A DNA stretch of 64,000 nucleotides from Myxococcota bacterium (lineage in GTDB: Bacteria > Myxococcota_A > SURF-8), in contig OZ223209.1 of the NCBI GenBank assembly GCA_965140415.1, positions 384,001 to 448,000 on the forward strand. Reading direction: 5' to 3'. Shown piece after piece: positions 58,747-64,000 of this stretch (position 1 is the stretch's first letter; each line of letters opens with the position of its first letter). A model generated the notes under the pieces. It searched no databases. It was given only the letters and a program-made list of their open reading frames with translations, and was not told where the DNA came from. A program made the translations under genes and the position numbers.

Positions 58747-60147
58747 GTGTCGGAATTCCAGATTGATATCACCGAAATCAGTGAAGTCGAACGTGATGTG
58801 CGTGTCATCGTGCCGCAAGCGTTCATCGATCAGCGTTACGAAAGCCTGTTGGACGAATTGGCCGACGGCGCTCAGGTAAAGGGATTCCGCAAAGGCAAGG
58901 TGCCACGCAAGGTCGTTGCCAAGATGTACAACAAGCGCATCTTGCAGGACATCGAGCAGGAAGTGGTGCAGGAAGGGTATCGTCAGGCGATCGAAGACAA
59001 CAAAATGCCTGCCGTAGCGCTGCCTTCCTTCAAGCGCGAAGATCTGAAAAAAGGGACGGACTACAGCTTCTCCTTTATGGTGGAAGTTCGCCCCGAAATT
59101 AAAGAAGTCATTTTCGAAGGCGTGGAAGTCGAGCGCGAGCGTGTCGAAGTCAGCGATGAGCGACTCGATCAGGAACTGGAGCGTCGCCGCCAGGATAAGG
59201 CCAGCATGAAATCGATCGAAGGCCGCGACGTCACCGAAGACGGCGACTGGGTTTCGATGGACTATGAAGCCTTTAAAGACGGTGAAGCCATGCCGGGCAG
59301 CAAAAAGGAAAAAGATGTGCTGCAACTGGGCGGCAACCAGTTGATCCCCGGTTTCGAGCAGAACGTGATCGGCAAGAAAATCGGTGAGGAATTCGAATTT
59401 ACCCTGCCTTTCCCGGAAGACTTCCGCGTTCCCGAACTGGCGGGCACCGAGCTTTCCTTTCAGGCCACCGTGCATGAAATCATGGAACGCATCGTGCCGG
59501 AACTGGACGATGAATTCGCCAAGGACATGGGCGACTACGACGATTTAAACCAGTATCGCATTGCGGTGCGGGAAGAACTGGAAAAGAACGAAGAAGAGCG
59601 TGTCACACGTGCTTTCCATAACGAACTGTGGAAAAAACTAAGTGAAACCAATAAAATGGCTCTTCCTCCGAGCCTCGTGAAAGAGGAAGCCGAGAATCTG
59701 TTCAACAGCAATCTGCAACAGATGGTGCAACAGGGACTCGATCCGAAGGTGTTGGGCCTGGACGAATCCATCATGCGCGAGCGTGCCAAAGAGGAAGCTG
59801 AATTCAATCTGATCAGCGCCATTTTGCAGGAAAAACTGGCGGCTGACATGGGTGTAACCGTCAGTGACGAAGAGGTGGACGAGCACCTGGCCGAAATGGC
59901 CGCGCGTTTCGGTTTGCCGGTTGAACAGTTGAAAGCCTATTATTCGGCCAACGAAAACCTGGAAGGCATCCGCTTCGGTCTGCGTCAAACGCGCCTGGCT
60001 GAAATGCTGACGGACAAGGTCAACGTCGTTGAAGTCGATCCCAAGCCGATGAATGTTCCCGGTGCCATCACCCCGGCCAATGCCGAAGAAAAAGCATCCG
60101 CAGAAACCGAGGCTGAAGAGACGAACGAAACCAAGAGCGAGGAATAA
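58747..60147 (+). CDS. tig: Trigger factor
   Basis: GFRKGKVP ribosome-binding motif, FKBP-like LIPGFEQ, PELDDEFAK; GTG 58747 after GAGG (the ORF-track N-terminus overlaps the tRNAs). Confidence 0.95.
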   Translation: MSEFQIDITEISEVERDVRVIVPQAFIDQRYESLLDELADGAQVKGFRKGKVPRKVVAKMYNKRILQDIEQEVVQEGYRQAIEDNKMPAVALPSFKREDLKKGTDYSFSFMVEVRPEIKEVIFEGVEVERERVEVSDERLDQELERRRQDKASMKSIEGRDVTEDGDWVSMDYEAFKDGEAMPGSKKEKDVLQLGGNQLIPGFEQNVIGKKIGEEFEFTLPFPEDFRVPELAGTELSFQATVHEIMERIVPELDDEFAKDMGDYDDLNQYRIAVREELEKNEEERVTRAFHNELWKKLSETNKMALPPSLVKEEAENLFNSNLQQMVQQGLDPKVLGLDESIMRERAKEEAEFNLISAILQEKLAADMGVTVSDEEVDEHLAEMAARFGLPVEQLKAYYSANENLEGIRFGLRQTRLAEMLTDKVNVVEVDPKPMNVPGAITPANAEEKASAETEAEETNETKSEE

Positions 60148-60189
60148 AACTCGCCGCCACCATAAAGGTGGTTGATCGGGAGGAACGCC

Positions 60190-60870
60190 ATGCTACCTAT
60201 GAGATTGATTTCGAAAGGTAAAACCGCCGCTTCTCTCAGCTTGATCGTCACCCTGTGCCTGCTTCTCTGCCTGCTCTCCGCCTGCGGCGATGACGACAAC
60301 GGCGATGTCGCTGCCGATGGCGATTTCGATGGTGATGGCGAGCAGAATGCCACCTTGACCCCGCCCGATTGCGACATGCGCCGCAGCCTGACCAATGCCG
60401 ACGTGCCGGTGGAATGCCTGGCCTGGTGTAACAAGGTTGAATTGGTCGGTGGCTTGGATACCACATCGGAAGACTGCCTGCGCGACTGCCGCGCGATGAC
60501 CTACGAGCTTTTACCCGACAGCATGTTGCGCATCGAAAACTGCATCGTCGTTACCAGCAAGCAATCCTTCGAAGACGCCCAGGACCGGGGTGATCTGTCC
60601 GCCAACCTGCAACAATATTGCATGGCGCTGGAAGTGAGCAATTTGCCGTTACCGCCCGAGCGGCAGGACGTCTGCGAAGACTTATACGAAACCATGACCG
60701 CCTGCAACGATGACACCGCCTCGATTCACCGCATCAGTTGCCTGGAAAAACAGGCTCCGCTGATGACCGAAGATGCCTTTATGCGCTACAGCTATTGTGC
60801 TGAAAAAGCCTGTGAAAGCAACTGGGTGGACTGCTTGCAGGAGCAGGTCTGTTATTTCTTCAATGATTAA
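60190..60870 (+). CDS. Hypothetical Cys-rich lipoprotein
   Basis: Lipobox LSAC then GDDDNGDVAADGDFDGDG; GGAGG RBS. Confidence 0.75.
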   Translation: MLPMRLISKGKTAASLSLIVTLCLLLCLLSACGDDDNGDVAADGDFDGDGEQNATLTPPDCDMRRSLTNADVPVECLAWCNKVELVGGLDTTSEDCLRDCRAMTYELLPDSMLRIENCIVVTSKQSFEDAQDRGDLSANLQQYCMALEVSNLPLPPERQDVCEDLYETMTACNDDTASIHRISCLEKQAPLMTEDAFMRYSYCAEKACESNWVDCLQEQVCYFFND

Positions 60871-61059
60871 GCTCTTTTCCCAGCGCCTCATCGCACGGGT
60901 TCTACACGAACCGGGTACCGAAAAGAAAACTGTTTCCAGTCAAGATACAGCATGCGAAACCGGCAAGCGCCTGTTGCCGGACGCCCCCATTCGCCTGCAC
61001 TTTTCTCTCTGTTTCGAAGCCGCCTGTCCTGAAGAGGATGACCACCAGGAGCCGCAGTC

Positions 61060-62442
61060 ATGACGATGCTATTGGATGATACCATCGCCGCCATCGCCAC
61101 CCCGCACGGGGCGGGAGGCATCGGCGTCATTCGACTGTCGGGTCCGAAAGCGTTTGATATTCCCAAACAATTGTTCGAAACTCCCCAAACGGAACAGCTG
61201 ACACCGCGCTGTATGCAACTGGGATACTGGCTTAAAGAAGTAAACGGTGAGCGGCTCGATCAGGTGCTGGTTGTCCATTTCGTGGGGCCTCATTCCTATA
61301 CCGGTGAAAATGTGGTGGAAATTCAAGCCCATGGCGGACGCTTGAACCTGGAGCAGATCCTCGATTCCGTCCTGAAACTGGGTATCCGTCCGGCCAGGCC
61401 CGGAGAATTCACCCTGCGTGCTTTTTTGCATGGGCGCGTGGATCTGACGCGCGCCGAGGCCGTACAGGAACTGATCGGTTCCCAAACCGAGGCCGCCCTG
61501 CGCGCCAGCCGACGGCACCTACAAGGCGATATCGCCCACTTATGCGGGCAGGTGCGCGAGCAACTGGTTGAAATTCTTGCACATATCGAAGCGCTGATCG
61601 ATTTCCCGGACGAGGAACTACCCGCCGATGCGGGGGATGAATACGAGCGGATTTTGCAGCAGGTAACGGAAACGCTGACAAACGCGGCGAACAGCTATGC
61701 TCGTGGGCGTTTGCTGCATGAGGGCGCGGAAACGATGATCGTGGGGCGCGTCAATGTCGGCAAAAGTTCCTTATTGAACCGTTTGCTGCGCACCGAGCGC
61801 GCCATCGTAACCGATACGCCCGGTACGACGCGCGATTTGATCGAGGCGACGGTGGATCTGGGTGGGGTGCCGCTGCGTTTCATCGATTCGGCGGGTTTGC
61901 GGGAAGGCAAGGACGACGTAGAGCGCATCGGCATTGAACGCGCCTGGCAGCGGCTGGAAAACACGGATTTCGTGTTGTGGGTGCTGGATCAGTCGCGTAG
62001 CTTGCACGAAGAGGAGTTGCAGCTTGCGCAACGTCTGAGCGGGCATCGCGGCGTGTTGGTTATCAACAAATGCGATTTACCCGGTAAGTTGGATCACGAG
62101 AAGTTGTCTGCTTTCGTACCCGATTGGCCGCGCGTGCGCTTAAGTGCGAAGACCGGTGAGAACATTGAAGAACTTGAGCGTTCCATTCAGGTTTTACTCG
62201 CCGATGGCGATGAGACCACTGATGAAATCGTGCTGACTTCCGCGCGTCATGCCCAGGCCTTCCGGCTTAGCGTAGAGGCTTTGCAACGCGCTCGCACGGG
62301 ATTGAGTGGTGAGATACTGCCGCCGGAATTGATCGCCGCCGATCTGCGCGAGGCGCTGGATACCCTGGCCGAGGTTGTCGGCCTCACCACCCCCGAGGAA
62401 GTGCTGCAACGCATTTTCTCGACCTTCTGTATCGGAAAATAG
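61060..62442 (+). CDS. mnmE: tRNA modification GTPase MnmE (TrmE)
   Basis: DTIAAIATP, GEFTLRAFLHGRVDL, GRVNVGKSS, PGTTRD, DSAG, NKCD, C-terminal FCIGK. Confidence 0.97.
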   Translation: MTMLLDDTIAAIATPHGAGGIGVIRLSGPKAFDIPKQLFETPQTEQLTPRCMQLGYWLKEVNGERLDQVLVVHFVGPHSYTGENVVEIQAHGGRLNLEQILDSVLKLGIRPARPGEFTLRAFLHGRVDLTRAEAVQELIGSQTEAALRASRRHLQGDIAHLCGQVREQLVEILAHIEALIDFPDEELPADAGDEYERILQQVTETLTNAANSYARGRLLHEGAETMIVGRVNVGKSSLLNRLLRTERAIVTDTPGTTRDLIEATVDLGGVPLRFIDSAGLREGKDDVERIGIERAWQRLENTDFVLWVLDQSRSLHEEELQLAQRLSGHRGVLVINKCDLPGKLDHEKLSAFVPDWPRVRLSAKTGENIEELERSIQVLLADGDETTDEIVLTSARHAQAFRLSVEALQRARTGLSGEILPPELIAADLREALDTLAEVVGLTTPEEVLQRIFSTFCIGK

Positions 62443-62744
62443 CAGGCGCTACAATTCATTTTCAGAAATAGGTCAGGAGATTTCACCCGACATGGCATGA
62501 AATTATCGGATCATATGACCTGAGTTCCTGCTTTGACGGGAATGACAAAACAAATACAGACAACATCTTAAAAACGCCCTGTACGAAGTAATTGCAGACT
62601 TGATCTTCAGCTTTGCTTCCGTTACAATCCCAGCCGCAACAAGGTCGAGCGACTCCCCAGCGTATCCCGTTCAGCTTGTTATGGAGCCGTAGGAACCGAA
62701 CACTGTCCCGTTGCCGTAGATCCACTATCCGGGGAGAATAGACA

Positions 62745-63677
62745 ATGTCCGATAAATCTCGTAGTTCCGAAACGATTACCATTCAGATGTCCCGTCCCGC
62801 CTCCACTGCGTCTGTGTATACCCGAGGCTTGTGGGTTGCCATGTTCCGTCGCCAGGGTGACTTGAGCGATGAGCAGGTTGCAGCCATTCCTTCGTTCACG
62901 GTGGAGATGAACGGCATTACCCCAGATCCCAAGCGTGTGGCGCTGTTCCGGGAAGTTTGCGCAATCGGAGAAGACAACGGCGAATTACCCGCCCTGTTTC
63001 CGGAAACGATGTTCCTTTCGATGATGGCGCGTCTGTTTTCCAACAAACGTTTTCCTTTAAGCCCGTTGGGTTTGATTCACATGAAGCAGTCGGCCATCGT
63101 ACATGAACCGATTGCGACCGGCACGCCTTTGGATCTGCGCGTACATCTGGCGGAACTGGTGAAAACCGAGCGAGGCATTCACATCAATTGCGCGATGGAA
63201 GTCCGCCAGGGCGAAACGCTGTGCTGGGAAGGCATGGCGAATTTCCTGTCTCGCAGCTCAGATACGCGCTCCGGTAAAACCCGCAAGCAGGAAACCAAAA
63301 AGACGCCGCCGCCCGAAGCGCGCAGCACCCTGGAATTAGCAGGCGATCTGGGACGGCGCTTTGCCGCCGGTTCGGGGGACTACAACCCGCATCATCTCTA
63401 TCCCTTTACGGCCAAACTGCTGGGTTACAAACGCCCGATCGCTCATGGTATGTGGACGCTCTCCCGCGCGCTGTCCGAAGTTATGCAGCAACACGCCTTC
63501 GAACGTCCTTTCAAGATCGAAGGCGAATTCAAGCGACCGATCTTTCTGCCTGGGAAAATCAACCTGAGCTTCTCTGAAGATTCGGAAGCGGGTGAAGGAG
63601 CTTTCCGCTTCGGCGCGCATGATCCCAAAAGCGGCGCGCCTCATTTGCTGGGCAGTGTCGCTCCCTATCGCGGATAA
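62745..63677 (+). CDS. MaoC-family double hot-dog (R)-specific enoyl-CoA hydratase/dehydratase
   Basis: SGDYNPHH and IAHGMW hydratase motif, FKRPIFLP, FPLSPLGLIH. Confidence 0.85.
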   Translation: MSDKSRSSETITIQMSRPASTASVYTRGLWVAMFRRQGDLSDEQVAAIPSFTVEMNGITPDPKRVALFREVCAIGEDNGELPALFPETMFLSMMARLFSNKRFPLSPLGLIHMKQSAIVHEPIATGTPLDLRVHLAELVKTERGIHINCAMEVRQGETLCWEGMANFLSRSSDTRSGKTRKQETKKTPPPEARSTLELAGDLGRRFAAGSGDYNPHHLYPFTAKLLGYKRPIAHGMWTLSRALSEVMQQHAFERPFKIEGEFKRPIFLPGKINLSFSEDSEAGEGAFRFGAHDPKSGAPHLLGSVAPYRG

Positions 63678-63704
63678 AGCCATAGAGCTTTTTGATTTCC
63701 GTAG

Positions 63705-63726
63705 CGGCGGAGCGTAAACTCCGCCG
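63705..63726. terminator. Hairpin between convergent genes, possible terminator
   Basis: CGGCGGAG-N6-CTCCGCCG; no strong T run. Confidence 0.4.
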
Positions 63727-63733
63727 TGTTCGG

Positions 63734-64000
63734 TTACGAGTTGCGTTCCGGTAAATTATCCAACAACTCGCGCACTTTCAAGGCGAGTTGACTTGGTGTG
63801 TAGGGTTTTTCAAGGAAGTGAATGCCACGATCCAGTACGCCATGCTGGCCGATCGTGTCCTGAGTGTAACCGGATGTAAACAATACCGGCAATTCCGGGC
63901 GCAGGGCACACAGGGCATCCGCCAACTCGCGACCATTCTTTTTCGGCATGATGACATCCGTCAACAGCAGATCGATAGGACCATCATAGTCCTTTGCTAC
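63734..64000 (-). CDS. C-terminal receiver domain, probably of a hybrid sensor kinase (partial, runs off the window)
   Basis: IDLLLTDVIMP..NGRELA, VLFTSGY, FLEKPYTP; frame is open to the window edge. Confidence 0.85.
   Translation of the reverse strand, partial: VAKDYDGPIDLLLTDVIMPKKNGRELADALCALRPELPVLFTSGYTQDTIGQHGVLDRGIHFLEKPYTPSQLALKVRELLDNLPERNS

Noticed and set aside
58468-59475. 335-aa minus-strand ORF
   Set aside because: Antisense to the tRNAs and tig, with no recognisable motifs
58492-62745. Genomic island integrated at the tRNAs or the mnmE 3' end
   Set aside because: No integrase, no duplicated tRNA or gene 3' end noticed, and flanking genes look native

Overview
A 64-kb, gene-dense chromosomal segment from a diderm bacterium. 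The many Cys/Asp-rich lipoproteins and a MYXO-CTERM-like sorting tail suggest a deltaproteobacterial/Myxococcota-like lineage (inference). Housekeeping genes include rpe, a cold-shock gene, ttcA, secA, smc, ftsY, ltaE, dksA, priA, tRNA-Lys(CTT), tRNA-Leu(TAG), tig and mnmE, interleaved with many exported proteins. I found no transposase, integrase, prophage or CRISPR array. Most notable: (1) an orphan ParA with a variant Walker A (KGGTCKTT) overlaps a phasin/PhaE-like coiled-coil gene, and further down the same strand lies an acyltransferase with a ~190-aa histone-H1-like tail; together these may position lipid-storage bodies. (2) Ten unrelated exported proteins carry Asp-Gly-Asp (DGD) repeat linkers, peaking in a 29-unit array in a 1473-aa lipoprotein. 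(3) That lipoprotein appears to contain a circularly permuted PPC domain inserted into a Cys-rich module. (4) A ZU5-like lipoprotein has an HFS autoproteolysis motif. (5) An aryl-polyene/flexirubin-like accessory cluster (ammonia-lyase, thioesterase, LolA-like, DUF3261-like, FabG) includes a Dak2-DegV fusion but no KS/ACP in the window. (6) A divergent LarA-family gene sits beside a large dehydratase-activase fusion. Family assignments come from motif recognition only; no database searches were run. Start codons were often moved from the ORF track to the RBS-supported start.
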